Shown here: positions 45,757 to 57,221 of the stretch, piece by piece
Layout: each line of letters begins with the position of its first letter
Position numbering within the stretch: the first letter of the stretch is position 1
Source: Gammaproteobacteria bacterium
GTDB lineage: Bacteria; Pseudomonadota; Gammaproteobacteria; Acidiferrobacterales; SPGG2
Length of the DNA: 64,000 bases
Assembly: GCA_029861845.1 (NCBI GenBank)
Contig: JAOTYM010000001.1
Span: forward strand, 16,137-80,136
Reading direction: 5' to 3'
The notes under the pieces: model-generated
Told to the model about the DNA's origin: nothing
The model's database searches: none
What the model saw: only the letters and a program-made list of their open reading frames with translations
Program-made: the position numbers and the translations under genes

Positions 45757-46344
45757 CTAGCTGGAATCGTGGGGCGTCATGCGCAGATGCTGATCGCCGA
45801 CACGTTTGATCTGCCGTGAATCATGACTAACCCACAACACCGGAATCTTGTGCTTGGATCGGTAGGTAACAATAAGTTTTTCCACTCGGCGCACATTCTT
45901 AGGATCGAGGCTTGCCGTCGGTTCATCCAACAGCAGTGCCTTAGGACGCTGGCTAAGTAACCTCAGCAAGGCCAGGCGTTGTCGTTCGCCAGTCGAAAGG
46001 CCGGCAATTCTGCGATCAAGGACCTTGGCGTCGAAACCCAGCTGCTCCAGTCCGACTGTTTGTGCTTCAGCGAAATGTGCGCCGACCCGTTCGCGCCACC
46101 AGTGGCTCTCTGCTGGCAGCAACCCCACCTTGCGACGCCATGTCGGGCCATCGACGCTCATATGCTCGACAGTTCCGAGGAAGACTTTGCCATGAGACGG
46201 ATCCAAGTCGACTATGGCCCGCAACAACAGGGTCTTACCAACACCTGATGGCCCTGAAAGACAAAGACACTTGCCGGAAGGCACGCTCAGGCTTATCGGT
46301 CTCAAGAACTTGTTTGACAGTTTGACAACACGCAAACCACTCAT
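45757..46344 (-). CDS. ABC transporter ATP-binding protein, FetA/YbbL-like
   Basis: 195-aa ORF. Walker A 'GPSGVGKT', signature 'LSTGERQR', Walker B 'LLLDEPT'. Confidence 0.8.
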   Translation of the reverse strand: MSGLRVVKLSNKFLRPISLSVPSGKCLCLSGPSGVGKTLLLRAIVDLDPSHGKVFLGTVEHMSVDGPTWRRKVGLLPAESHWWRERVGAHFAEAQTVGLEQLGFDAKVLDRRIAGLSTGERQRLALLRLLSQRPKALLLDEPTASLDPKNVRRVEKLIVTYRSKHKIPVLWVSHDSRQIKRVGDQHLRMTPHDSS

Positions 46345-46811
46345 GGAACTGCCTCATCATCCTGAGGCACTAATTTCTCCAGCGCCGATCGAATATGTTG
46401 CGGCATCGGGACCGATTTTTGAGTCTGTCGATCTACAAACACGTCCACAAAGTAACCCGCTGCCGCTGGTTGATCTTGGTGCTGCCTGAACAACCCAATT
46501 TCGTAGCGCACACTCGAATTACCTAGCCGTGCAACACGTAGGCCAGCGTCAACGATTTCTGGAAAAGACAACGAGTGATAATATCGACACTTACTTTCAA
46601 CCGTAAACGGCAACACCGCACCTGTAAGGATGTCGATCTGTGCCTCGACCATCAAGTAATGGGTTATGGCCGTATCGAAATAGGAATAGTAAACAACGTT
46701 ATTGACATGGCCATATATATCGTTGTCTTTCCAACGTGTCGGTATCGCCAGGAAATGCCGAAAACAACCCCTGGCTTCATTGGCTCTCGATGCGTGGTTA
46801 GACATGCGCAC
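46341..46811 (-). CDS. Acyl-CoA thioesterase (4HBT/hotdog fold)
   Basis: 156-aa ORF. 'RWKDNDIYGHVNNVVYYSYFDTAI'. Confidence 0.8.
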   Translation of the reverse strand: MRMSNHASRANEARGCFRHFLAIPTRWKDNDIYGHVNNVVYYSYFDTAITHYLMVEAQIDILTGAVLPFTVESKCRYYHSLSFPEIVDAGLRVARLGNSSVRYEIGLFRQHQDQPAAAGYFVDVFVDRQTQKSVPMPQHIRSALEKLVPQDDEAVP

Positions 46812-46934
46812 AATTTCTCAGCAACGATGTAAATCCATAGATGAAAAATTCTCAGTACAATCTGATCACGGTATACTACGTTTTTGACCACATCTTGAAG
46901 GCTGCGAAAATATCATAAAGGAGGGCATGTATTC

Positions 46935-47288
46935 ATGCCAGAAGAAACGATGTTCAGTAAAATTATTCGCCACGAAATCCCAGCGACCATCCTATTTCAA
47001 GACGAACGTATCACCGCCTTCGCCGACATCAATGCCCAGGCCCCGACCCACATACTCATTGTCCCAAACAAGATCATTCCAACTGTGAACGATGTCACGC
47101 CCGCCGATGAAGCAGACCTCGGCCACATGTTTGTCGTTGCCGCAAAGCTCGCGAAGGAGCAAGGGATTGCCGAGCAAGGTTATCGGCTCATCGTTAATTG
47201 TGGGCCCGACGGTGGCCAAGAAGTGTATCACTTACATATGCACTTACTCGGTGGACGTCGTCTGGGCCGAATGCTGAAGATGAATTAG
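46935..47288 (+). CDS. HIT-family nucleotide hydrolase (HinT-like)
   Basis: 117-aa ORF. '[11 protein letters not shown]' and histidine triad 'HLHMHLLGG'. Confidence 0.9.
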   Translation: MPEETMFSKIIRHEIPATILFQDERITAFADINAQAPTHILIVPNKIIPTVNDVTPADEADLGHMFVVAAKLAKEQGIAEQGYRLIVNCGPDGGQEVYHLHMHLLGGRRLGRMLKMN

Positions 47289-47296
47289 CTGCTAGA

Positions 47297-48940
47297 TTAA
47301 CCGCGATCGCGTTTGCTATCCAAGTCTCGCCGACGCAACTCCATCCGGCGCACCTTGCCGGTGGTAGTCATCGGCACTTCCTCAATGAATTCGATCTCGC
47401 GGGGGTATTCGTAGGCCGCTAGACGCGTACGTACGGACGCTTGGATATCCGTTTTTAGTTCATCCGTTGGTTCATAGCCTTTAGCCAACACAATAAATGC
47501 CTTAACAATGCTGCCGCGCAGTTCATCGGGGCTGCCGATAACCGCCGCCTGCGCGACGGCGGCATGCTTCAATAGACAATCCTCAATCTCCCCAGGGCCG
47601 ATACGATAACCGGCGCTAGAAATAACATCATCCTTACGGCCAACAAACCAAAGATATCCGTCGTCATCGTAGTATCCGACATCACCGGTGCAAAACCATT
47701 GGCCGATGAATTTCTCGCGAGTCGCTTCTTCCTTGCCCCAGTAATTAAGGAACATGACCGGATCATTGATCCGAGCCGCAAGTTCGCCAGGCTCACCAAT
47801 CGGCATCGCCTGGCCGTCTCCGTCGATGACACCTATCGAATGCCCCGGGTAGGGCTTACCCATTGAGCCCGGCTTAACCGACATGATCGCACTGCAGTTG
47901 CCGACCAGATAGTTGAACTCGGTCTGCCCCCACATCTCGTTAACCGACACCCGCAACCCGTCCTCGGCCCAACGGAAAACCTCTTCGCCCAAGGTCTCAC
48001 CGGCCGACATGATGCTGCGGAAAGCGAGTTTGAAGCGGCTACCGATGTCCGGTACCTGCCGCATCATCTTCAGCGCCGTCGGTGGGATGAAGGCATTCGT
48101 GACTTCATACTTCTCAAGCAAGTGGCAGGCGCGCTCGGCATCGAACTTGCCACCCTCATAAGCAAGGATAGGACTGCCGTAATACCAGGACGGCAACAAT
48201 CCATCCATAAGCCCGCCGGTCCAGGCCCAATCGGCCGGCGTCCAGAACACGTCGTTTTCGCGTGGAAAAAAGTTCTGCGACAATTCGAAGCCAGGCAGGT
48301 TTCCCAGTAACGAGCGATGCGCAACCAACGCGCCCTTGGGCGGGCCGGTGGTCCCGGACGTATAGATCAAGAGCGCCGGGTCATCGGCGCCGGTGGTGAC
48401 GGCTGGCGGTGAATCCTTTGCCTTTTCGAGTAACGGCCAAAACCCCATCCGCCCTTGAGCATCGTCACAACCAATGACCACATCAAGGTCCGGCAACTGT
48501 TGCTTCATGTCTGCCAACATGTCCGAATGACTGGCGTCGGTTAGCACTACCTTTGCGCCACTATCGCGCAATCGATACTCCAACGCGTCGCGTCCGAACA
48601 GAATCGAAAGCGGTAAGGCTATAGCGCCGATTTTGTATATCGCGAGATGGGCAATACCGGTCTCGACACGTTGCGACAAGATGATAGCAACACGGTCACC
48701 ACGACTGACACCGAGGGCGCGCAAGGCATTGGCAAACTGGTCGGACAGCGACCTGATTTGCCCAAACGTAAACGACTTTTTGTCGCCGCGGTCGTTCTCA
48801 TAAAAAAGCGCAATGTCGTTGGACCGTCGTTCGTGTTTATCGCAGGCTTCGTAGGCGATGTTGTAGTACGTAGGAATTTCCCACCGAAACGATGCACAAA
48901 TCTCGTCGAAGTTTCTCTGGTCGGGTTCAATAAGCCTCAT
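47297..48940 (-). CDS. AMP-forming acyl-CoA synthetase
   Basis: 547-aa ORF. 'LLIYTSGTTGPPKG', 'TGDVGYYDDDGYLWFVGRKDD', and a C-terminal 'TTGKVRR'. Confidence 0.85.
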   Translation of the reverse strand: MRLIEPDQRNFDEICASFRWEIPTYYNIAYEACDKHERRSNDIALFYENDRGDKKSFTFGQIRSLSDQFANALRALGVSRGDRVAIILSQRVETGIAHLAIYKIGAIALPLSILFGRDALEYRLRDSGAKVVLTDASHSDMLADMKQQLPDLDVVIGCDDAQGRMGFWPLLEKAKDSPPAVTTGADDPALLIYTSGTTGPPKGALVAHRSLLGNLPGFELSQNFFPRENDVFWTPADWAWTGGLMDGLLPSWYYGSPILAYEGGKFDAERACHLLEKYEVTNAFIPPTALKMMRQVPDIGSRFKLAFRSIMSAGETLGEEVFRWAEDGLRVSVNEMWGQTEFNYLVGNCSAIMSVKPGSMGKPYPGHSIGVIDGDGQAMPIGEPGELAARINDPVMFLNYWGKEEATREKFIGQWFCTGDVGYYDDDGYLWFVGRKDDVISSAGYRIGPGEIEDCLLKHAAVAQAAVIGSPDELRGSIVKAFIVLAKGYEPTDELKTDIQASVRTRLAAYEYPREIEFIEEVPMTTTGKVRRMELRRRDLDSKRDRG

Positions 48941-48955
48941 AAGATTTATAAGGCG

Positions 48956-50251
<1,296 letters not shown>

Positions 50252-50275
50252 TTACCCCCTACTGATACATTGCTA

Positions 50276-50758
50276 TCAGTTTGAAATAACCTTGGTTCTC
50301 TTTGACGAGATGACCTTGGTGTTGACGCCAACGAAGTTAAGGCCGCCAAACAAACGCCCGTGCTCGATCTTCATACAGCGATCCATGATAACTTCCAGTC
50401 CGGCCTCACGCGCCCGTTCCGCCGCTTGCTGATTTACGATGCCGAGCTGCATCCAAACAACTTTGGCGTCCATCCTGATAGCTTCATCGACAAATGGTTG
50501 TACCTTATCCGCTCGTTGAAATAGCTGAACAACGTCGACCGGCTCCGCTATTTCGGACAGGCTTGCATAGCATCGTTCGCCGAGAATTTCCTCGTAACGC
50601 GGGTTAACTGGAATAACGCGATAGCCATGCTCTTGGAGATATTTTGCCGCGAAGAAACTAGGTCGATACCAGTTGGCCGATAGACCCACAGACGCAATCA
50701 CTCGATTTTCATCCAGGATTCGCCGCAACACGGCTATGTCAGTCATAGCTGCCAGCAC
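50276..50758 (-). CDS. CoA-binding domain protein (YccU/YneT-like)
   Basis: 160-aa ORF. 'IASVGLSANWYRPSFFAAKYLQEHGYRVIPVNP'. Confidence 0.8.
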   Translation of the reverse strand: MLAAMTDIAVLRRILDENRVIASVGLSANWYRPSFFAAKYLQEHGYRVIPVNPRYEEILGERCYASLSEIAEPVDVVQLFQRADKVQPFVDEAIRMDAKVVWMQLGIVNQQAAERAREAGLEVIMDRCMKIEHGRLFGGLNFVGVNTKVISSKRTKVISN

Positions 50759-52033
50759 CTAGTCGTATTTTCGAATATCATCAATCACCTTACCATCGGT
50801 AGCGAGGCTATCGATGGCAACAAATACAACCTCACCACGTAGCTTGCACACGTCGCGAAGGCTCGCCGTGATATCGTTTGCGAGGCCGGGGGTTCCCTTT
50901 GTCTCGGTCTCGCAATACAACGTCATGGTGTCGCTATCGGCCTGACGGTCGACTACCAGACGCCCTTTTGTTATCTGCGGGTGTCGGTTGACGACCTCGG
51001 CCACTTGTGTCGGGGTGACGAACATACCGCGCACTTTAGTGGTTTGATCAGCCCGGCCCATCCAGCCCTTGATACGTATGTTGGTACGCCCGCACGGGCT
51101 TACACCGGCCATGACGGCAGACAAATCGCCGGTGGCAAAACGAATCAACGGATAGTCAGGGTTGAACGTGGTGACAACAACCTCGCCGACCTCGCCATCA
51201 GGCACAACATCGCCCGTGCCCGGGCGCACGATTTCGACGATCACCCCTTCATCGACGATAAGTCCCTCCTTGGCGGCTGACTCATAGGCGATCAACCCCA
51301 GGTCGGCCGACGCATAGCATTGCAAGACCTCGACCCCATGCTTACCGATTTCGGCCCGCAGGCTCGGCGGCAAGGCCTCACCGGATACCACCGCTTTGCG
51401 CAGACTAGTCGTATCGAGCTTCATTTCGGCGCCCTTATCCAAAATCATCTTGAGGAACGAAGGCGTGCCGACGTACCCGTTGGGTCGCAGGTCAGCCACC
51501 GCTTGCGCCTGAAGTTCGGTCTGTCCGACGCCGGCGGGAAAGACGGCGCAGCCCAATGCGCGCGCTGCCCCCTCTACCATGGAGCCGGCCGGCGTGAAGT
51601 GGTAAGCAAAACTATTGTGCACCAGATCACCGCGGCGGAACCGGGCTGCGAACAAGGCCCGCGCAAGACGCCAGTAATCGGGTCGATGGGACTCCGGCTC
51701 ATAGACTGGACCCGGGGAAGAGAATACACGTGCAAATTCGCCAGGTTCAGCCGTCGCCAGGCCACCAAAGGGCGGATCCTGCTTGGCCAGCGCGGTGAGC
51801 GCTGATTTTCGCGTTACCGGCAGCTGCGCCAGCGCATCAGCAGTTCTGATACTAGCGCTATCGATGTCGGCAAGGATACGCGCAAATGCCCGTGACCGTC
51901 GCTGCGCGTGGTTGATCTGTTCTGGCAGCGCCGCAAACTGAGCGTCCAGGCGAGCCTGCGGATCCCGCGTTTCAAGCTCATCATAGTATTCGACATCTTT
52001 GTTCATGGCGACCGACTTCTTCGTGAGACACAT
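50759..52033 (-). CDS. Phenylacetate-CoA ligase family (PaaK-like) adenylating enzyme
   Basis: 424-aa ORF, with a probable start at 'MNKDVEYYD' (52006). PaaK-like layout ('FSSPGPVYE', 'ATGDLS', 'KVRGMFV') as commonly found inside LIV-type ABC clusters. Confidence 0.7.
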   Translation of the reverse strand: MCLTKKSVAMNKDVEYYDELETRDPQARLDAQFAALPEQINHAQRRSRAFARILADIDSASIRTADALAQLPVTRKSALTALAKQDPPFGGLATAEPGEFARVFSSPGPVYEPESHRPDYWRLARALFAARFRRGDLVHNSFAYHFTPAGSMVEGAARALGCAVFPAGVGQTELQAQAVADLRPNGYVGTPSFLKMILDKGAEMKLDTTSLRKAVVSGEALPPSLRAEIGKHGVEVLQCYASADLGLIAYESAAKEGLIVDEGVIVEIVRPGTGDVVPDGEVGEVVVTTFNPDYPLIRFATGDLSAVMAGVSPCGRTNIRIKGWMGRADQTTKVRGMFVTPTQVAEVVNRHPQITKGRLVVDRQADSDTMTLYCETETKGTPGLANDITASLRDVCKLRGEVVFVAIDSLATDGKVIDDIRKYD

Positions 52034-52085
52034 TCGGCTACTGTAGCCGCCGGTTCACGAATTGCGCCGCGCTAATAGCGTGATA

Positions 52086-52901
52086 TCAGGATAACCAACG
52101 CTTGCGCCTGCGGTAGTGTTTAAACTCACGGAAGCTCTTACGCTGTTCTCCGCTCACCCCGAGATAAAATTCCTTCACGTCCTCGTTCGCCGATAGGGCC
52201 TTAGAGTCACCGTCCATGACCACACGCCCATTTTCTAGGATATACCCGTACTGCCCATAATGCAGGGCCATATTGGTATTCTGTTCGGCAAGCAGGAAAC
52301 TTACGTTCTCATTTTGATTGAGTCGCTTTACGATATCGAAGATCTCCTCTACTAACTGGGGTGCCAATCCCATCGAGGGTTCATCCAATAGAATCATCTT
52401 CGGCCGCGACATCAACGCACGACCTAATGCCGTCATCTGCTGCTCGCCCCCAGAAATATAGCCAGCCTGTCCGTGACGTCGTTCCTTCAGTTTTGGAAAG
52501 TAGCTGTAGACCAACTCTAGGTCTTGCTGAATGCCAGCGCGGCCATCACCGCGCGAGTACGCACCCGTAAGCAGGTTTTCCTCCACCGTCAGGTGCTCGA
52601 AACAATGTCGGCCCTCCATGACCTGAATCACGCCGCGCTTCACCAGATCAGATGGAGTGAGCCGGTCCACGCGTTCGCCCCGATACTCAATGGAGCCCTT
52701 GGTAACTTCGCCGCGTTCGGCCTTAAGCAGGTTGGAAATAGCCTTAAGGGTGGTGGTCTTACCGGCGCCGTTGGCCCCAAGGAGGGCGACGATACCCCCC
52801 TCGGGAACCTCCAGTGAAACACCCTTCAACACCAAAATGACGCGATCATAGATCACTTCGATGTTGTTGACGGCAAGTAGCGACGTTCCATTGTTGGTCA
52901 C
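52086..52901 (-). CDS. LIV-type ABC transporter ATP-binding protein (LivF-like)
   Basis: 271-aa ORF. 'GANGAGKTT', 'ISGGEQQM', 'LLDEPSMGLAP'. Confidence 0.85.
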   Translation of the reverse strand: MTNNGTSLLAVNNIEVIYDRVILVLKGVSLEVPEGGIVALLGANGAGKTTTLKAISNLLKAERGEVTKGSIEYRGERVDRLTPSDLVKRGVIQVMEGRHCFEHLTVEENLLTGAYSRGDGRAGIQQDLELVYSYFPKLKERRHGQAGYISGGEQQMTALGRALMSRPKMILLDEPSMGLAPQLVEEIFDIVKRLNQNENVSFLLAEQNTNMALHYGQYGYILENGRVVMDGDSKALSANEDVKEFYLGVSGEQRKSFREFKHYRRRKRWLS

Positions 52902-52937
52902 GCCGCACCTCCGCCTTTAACTGCAAACAACCGACGC

Positions 52938-54257
52938 TTAGCCGCAATCACGCGGTTCGATCTTGTTCTCCATAGCGTAATCCGCCGCGGCCTTCTCGAT
53001 CATCGGGCGTACGACATCGCGGATGGTCGGGATCCAATCGCTTACCATCTTCCACTGCTTGCCGTCCCATTGTTGAATAATGACGGGACCGCCGGTCTCG
53101 TGGTCGACACAACTGACCTTGACTGGCCGCAACATATCCTTCATGCCGAGTTTCTTCAGGCGTCGCTTGGTGACGTTAAGGTTTTCAAGCCCCCAGCGGA
53201 CTTGCTCACCGGTCATGGATTTGTTGCCGTACTTTTCCATCGCGGTGCGGATCGCCTCGACACCGAACATGGCGTTCACCAAGGTACGATTGTAGAGAAC
53301 CTCGCCCAGATTGTTGGCCTTGGCCTTGGCCTCGTCCCCACCGTAGACATAGTTGATGATGTCCCTGTGGACTTGCCAATTGGCACCGGCCCCGTGAAAA
53401 GACGTAGACTTGTAGCCGACGGCACCGTCACCGGCTGGAATCACATCGGCGTCGGAACCCGACCACCAATTGCCGACGAAGTGATCCATCGGATAGTTGA
53501 TGGCCGCCGCTTCTTTGACCGCAACCTGATTCATGACACCCCAACCGGACATGAAAATCCAGTCAGGTCGCAGGCGACGGATTTGCAGCCAAGTGGATTT
53601 CTGCTCCTGACCCGGGTGATCAACCGCGAGCAGCGTAAGATTGTAGCCGTACTTTTCGGCCAGCACCTCCAGGGTTGGGTTGGCTTCCTTACCGTAGGCG
53701 GAATTGTGATGGACATGGACAATCTTCTTGCCCTTTAACTTGTCCAAACCACCTTCCTGCTTGGCAACATAATTGATGAAGCCGGATGCCTGACTCCAAT
53801 AGGTAGTCGGAAAATTAAACACCCAAGGAAATACCCGGCCGTCGGCGGCGGCGGTGCGCCCGTAACCCATGGACAGAATCGGTACCTGGTCCACGGGCGC
53901 CTTGGGAATCAGCTGGTAGGTGATGCCGGTGCTATAGGGATTGACCAGTGAGGCGCCGGTGGGGCCCTTGTTCTTGAGCTTCTCATAGCACTCTACGCCC
54001 AGCTTGGTATTGTATTGGGTCTCGCATTCCTCGAACGTGATCTTGACACCATTAATGCCCCCGTCGCGCTCGTTGATCAGGGTGTAGTAGTCACGAAACC
54101 CATTGGCGACCGGGATCCCGCTCGGTGCATAGGGGCCAGTACGATACACGAGCATGGGGATGAACTGCTCATTCTGCGCCACCGCCTGCGTGGCAAACAG
54201 GCCTGCGAAGACGGTCAATGCGCCCAGGCCAAAAACGGCTAGTCTACTCGGTTTCAT
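52938..54257 (-). CDS. LIV-type ABC transporter periplasmic substrate-binding protein
   Basis: 439-aa ORF with a signal peptide. Type I periplasmic binding-protein pattern, within the ABC operon. Confidence 0.8.
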   Translation of the reverse strand: MKPSRLAVFGLGALTVFAGLFATQAVAQNEQFIPMLVYRTGPYAPSGIPVANGFRDYYTLINERDGGINGVKITFEECETQYNTKLGVECYEKLKNKGPTGASLVNPYSTGITYQLIPKAPVDQVPILSMGYGRTAAADGRVFPWVFNFPTTYWSQASGFINYVAKQEGGLDKLKGKKIVHVHHNSAYGKEANPTLEVLAEKYGYNLTLLAVDHPGQEQKSTWLQIRRLRPDWIFMSGWGVMNQVAVKEAAAINYPMDHFVGNWWSGSDADVIPAGDGAVGYKSTSFHGAGANWQVHRDIINYVYGGDEAKAKANNLGEVLYNRTLVNAMFGVEAIRTAMEKYGNKSMTGEQVRWGLENLNVTKRRLKKLGMKDMLRPVKVSCVDHETGGPVIIQQWDGKQWKMVSDWIPTIRDVVRPMIEKAAADYAMENKIEPRDCG

Positions 54258-54364
54258 TGTTCCTCCTGCCTATTGGTAGAGCGATGATCAATTTTTCGCC
54301 GCGAGCGGAAAACTCTAGCACGGACCGAGAACGCCGCAAAGCGCCGGCCAGAACAACAATCCTT

Positions 54365-55444
54365 TTAGTAAGGAAAAGGCCAGCGCCGCAATTTTTCCTT
54401 GGCAATTTGCCACAGACGGGCAAAGCCCTGTGGCTCGACGATCAGGAAATAGATGATTAGGCCGCCGAAAATCATTACTTCCAGATGTTTCTGCAAGTCG
54501 GTGGCCATGGTAAACCCGAACAACTGCGGGGCATTGGTGAGAAAAACCGGTACCAGGGTAATAAACGCAGCGCCCAGAAATGACCCCAGAATGCTGCCGA
54601 GGCCACCGATGATAACCATAAAAAGCACTGGGAACGACACCGTCAGAAGGTCGAAGGCCTCCGTCTCCGCGCTGCCGAGCCATAGAAACAAGCTCATCGC
54701 ACCGGCAACGCCACAGTAGAACGATGAGATCGCGAACGCCAGCAGCTTGGTCTGAAACGGGCGAATCCCGATAATCTCAGCCGCGATGTCCATGTCGCGA
54801 ATAGCCATCCATGAACGACCAATACGTCCGCGCACCAGGTTTTTGGCCGCCAGCGCAAACACGGTCACCAATATAAGCGCGATCAGATAGCGCGTCTCCG
54901 CCGTGGCCTCTGGTCCGGTCACCATGAGCGTGGCAAAGGTGCGCGGTGGTGCAGTAATAGTGCCGGATGGGTTGTAGTTGTAGAACCAAGGCACCTTATT
55001 GAACATCCAGCTCAGGAAGAACTGCGCCGCCAGCGTGGCCACCGCCAAATAGAAACCCTTGATGCGCAGACTGGGGATTCCAAAGATCAGCCCGACGCCA
55101 GCCGCGATCATCCCGGAAAGCAGGAACGCCACGATGACGTTCATTTCTGGAAACATTGTCACCAGCTTGTAAGTCGAATAGGCACCAACCGCCATGAAAC
55201 CGCCGGTGCCCAAGCTTAACTGACCGGCGTAACCAGTAAGCAGGTTGAGGCCAATGGCCGCCATGCAGAACACCAGAAATGGAATTAGAACCGCTTGTAA
55301 CCAATACTCGCTAGCAACAAACGGCACCACGACATAAGCCAATCCCAGGACCGCGGCGATAAACCACCGATCCTGTACGATGGGAAGCATCGCCTGGTCG
55401 GCGACGTAAGTGGCTTTGAACTGCCCAGCTTCTCGGTAGAGCAT
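54365..55444 (-). CDS. LIV-type ABC transporter permease (LivM-like)
   Basis: 359-aa polytopic ORF. 'LNLLTGYAGQLSLG'. Confidence 0.85.
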   Translation of the reverse strand: MLYREAGQFKATYVADQAMLPIVQDRWFIAAVLGLAYVVVPFVASEYWLQAVLIPFLVFCMAAIGLNLLTGYAGQLSLGTGGFMAVGAYSTYKLVTMFPEMNVIVAFLLSGMIAAGVGLIFGIPSLRIKGFYLAVATLAAQFFLSWMFNKVPWFYNYNPSGTITAPPRTFATLMVTGPEATAETRYLIALILVTVFALAAKNLVRGRIGRSWMAIRDMDIAAEIIGIRPFQTKLLAFAISSFYCGVAGAMSLFLWLGSAETEAFDLLTVSFPVLFMVIIGGLGSILGSFLGAAFITLVPVFLTNAPQLFGFTMATDLQKHLEVMIFGGLIIYFLIVEPQGFARLWQIAKEKLRRWPFPY

Positions 55445-55448
55445 GGCG

Positions 55449-56393
55449 TTACACTCGTTCTATTATTCGTTCTCCAAACAGCCCCTGCGGCCTAAATAAT
55501 AAGAACACCAATGCGAGCACGTAAGCGAACCAGTTCTCAATGGCGCCGCCGACCAGCGGTCCCCAGTAGATTTCTCCAATCTTCTCGCCCACGCCGATGA
55601 TCAACCCACCGATAATGGCGCCGGGTACCGATGTAAAGCCACCGAGAATCAAAACCGGCAGGGCTTTGAGGGCAATTAGTGATAAAGAGAACTGCACGCC
55701 GCTCTTGGCGCCCCACATGATGCCCGCCACCATAGCGACGATGCCGGCCACCGACCACACCACCACCCAGATCGTCTTCAAAGGGATACCGACCGACAGT
55801 GCCGCTTGATGATCATCGGCCACTGCGCGTAGGGCGCGGCCGATCGCTGTCTTGTGAAAGAATACCACCAGCACCCCGACCAGCGCCGCCGCCGTTACCG
55901 CGGCAAACAGATCAAACTGATTTAGCAAAATACCACCGACTTCGAAAGATTCGTTAGGGATACCGACATCCAGCTTCTTGACATTGCTACCCCATAGAAG
56001 CTCACCAAATCCTTCGAGGAAGAATGTCAATCCGATAGTCGCCATAAACAAGATGATGTGTGGCTGATTCACCAGCGGTCGCAGCATTAGCCGTTCGATC
56101 GCAAAGGCAAGTGCGACCATAACCACCATGGTCAGGGCAAGTGCGAGCCATACCGGCACCCCATGTTCCATCAGACCGACCAAGGTCAAGGCGGCGAACA
56201 ATACCATCACACCCTGTGCAAAATTGAAAACTCCCGACGCCTTGAAGATCAACACAAACCCGAGGGCGACGAGAGAATACATGACTCCCGTCAACAAACC
56301 GTTGATTACTACTTCCGCGAAAAACACCGGGTAACCCCACATGTCTACGAAAGGCGCCACAAGAAATGAATATAAGATGTCCATCGTTACCAC
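55449..56393 (-). CDS. LIV-type ABC transporter permease (LivH-like)
   Basis: 314-aa polytopic ORF. 'YSLVALGFVLIFKASGVFNFAQG'. Confidence 0.85.
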   Translation of the reverse strand: MVTMDILYSFLVAPFVDMWGYPVFFAEVVINGLLTGVMYSLVALGFVLIFKASGVFNFAQGVMVLFAALTLVGLMEHGVPVWLALALTMVVMVALAFAIERLMLRPLVNQPHIILFMATIGLTFFLEGFGELLWGSNVKKLDVGIPNESFEVGGILLNQFDLFAAVTAAALVGVLVVFFHKTAIGRALRAVADDHQAALSVGIPLKTIWVVVWSVAGIVAMVAGIMWGAKSGVQFSLSLIALKALPVLILGGFTSVPGAIIGGLIIGVGEKIGEIYWGPLVGGAIENWFAYVLALVFLLFRPQGLFGERIIERV

Positions 56394-56420
56394 TTTATGA
56401 TTTGTGACATTCTTACTCGC

Positions 56421-57209
56421 CTAGTGAGCCACACCCAGATAGGCGTCGATTACTTCCGGCTTGGTGCGGACTTCGTCGGGCATGCCATCTGCAATTTTTC
56501 GACCGTAGTCCAATACCACCACACGATCTGAGATATCCATAACGACACCCATGTCATGCTCGATAAGTACAATGGTGGTGCCAAACTGCTCGTTTACATC
56601 GAGAACGAACCGACACATGTCTTCTTTTTCCTCTGTATTCATACCTGCCATGGGTTCATCGAGCAGCAATAGCTCGGGTTCCGCTGCTAGCGCGCGCCCA
56701 AGCTCGACGCGCTTTTGCAAACCATAGGGGAGTTGCCCAACCGGTGTCTTTCGAATGGCCTGAATCTCAAGAAAATCGATAACGCGTTCAGCCGCCCGCC
56801 GATGCTCCATCTCTTCCCTGCGCGCTGGTCCGAGATAAAACGCCTGCAGCAAAAAGTTTGTTCGCATCTTGAGATTGCGCCCGGTCATGATGTTGTCGAG
56901 CGTGCTCATGCCCTTGAACAGCGCAATGTTCTGGAACGTGCGCGCAATCCCCTGCGCCGCCGCTTCGTGCGTGTGCATCTGCTTGCGCGTCTTGCCTTTG
57001 TAGGTAATGACCCCGTCCTGAGGGTGGTAGAAGCCGTTAACTACGTTGAGCATCGAGCTCTTGCCGGCACCGTTTGGCCCGATGATGGCCCGGATCTCGC
57101 CCTTGCACACATCGAAGCTCACGTTCTCCAGTGCGCGTACCCCGCCGAACGCCAGACTGACATTCTCGACGTCGAGCAATACCTCATCGAACTGCCTGGC
57201 GCTCGCCAT
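56421..57209 (-). CDS. LIV-type ABC transporter ATP-binding protein (LivG-like)
   Basis: 262-aa ORF. 'GPNGAGKSS', 'LPYGLQKR', 'LLLDEPMAG'. Confidence 0.85.
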   Translation of the reverse strand: MASARQFDEVLLDVENVSLAFGGVRALENVSFDVCKGEIRAIIGPNGAGKSSMLNVVNGFYHPQDGVITYKGKTRKQMHTHEAAAQGIARTFQNIALFKGMSTLDNIMTGRNLKMRTNFLLQAFYLGPARREEMEHRRAAERVIDFLEIQAIRKTPVGQLPYGLQKRVELGRALAAEPELLLLDEPMAGMNTEEKEDMCRFVLDVNEQFGTTIVLIEHDMGVVMDISDRVVVLDYGRKIADGMPDEVRTKPEVIDAYLGVAH

Positions 57210-57221
57210 CGTAGCGGCTCC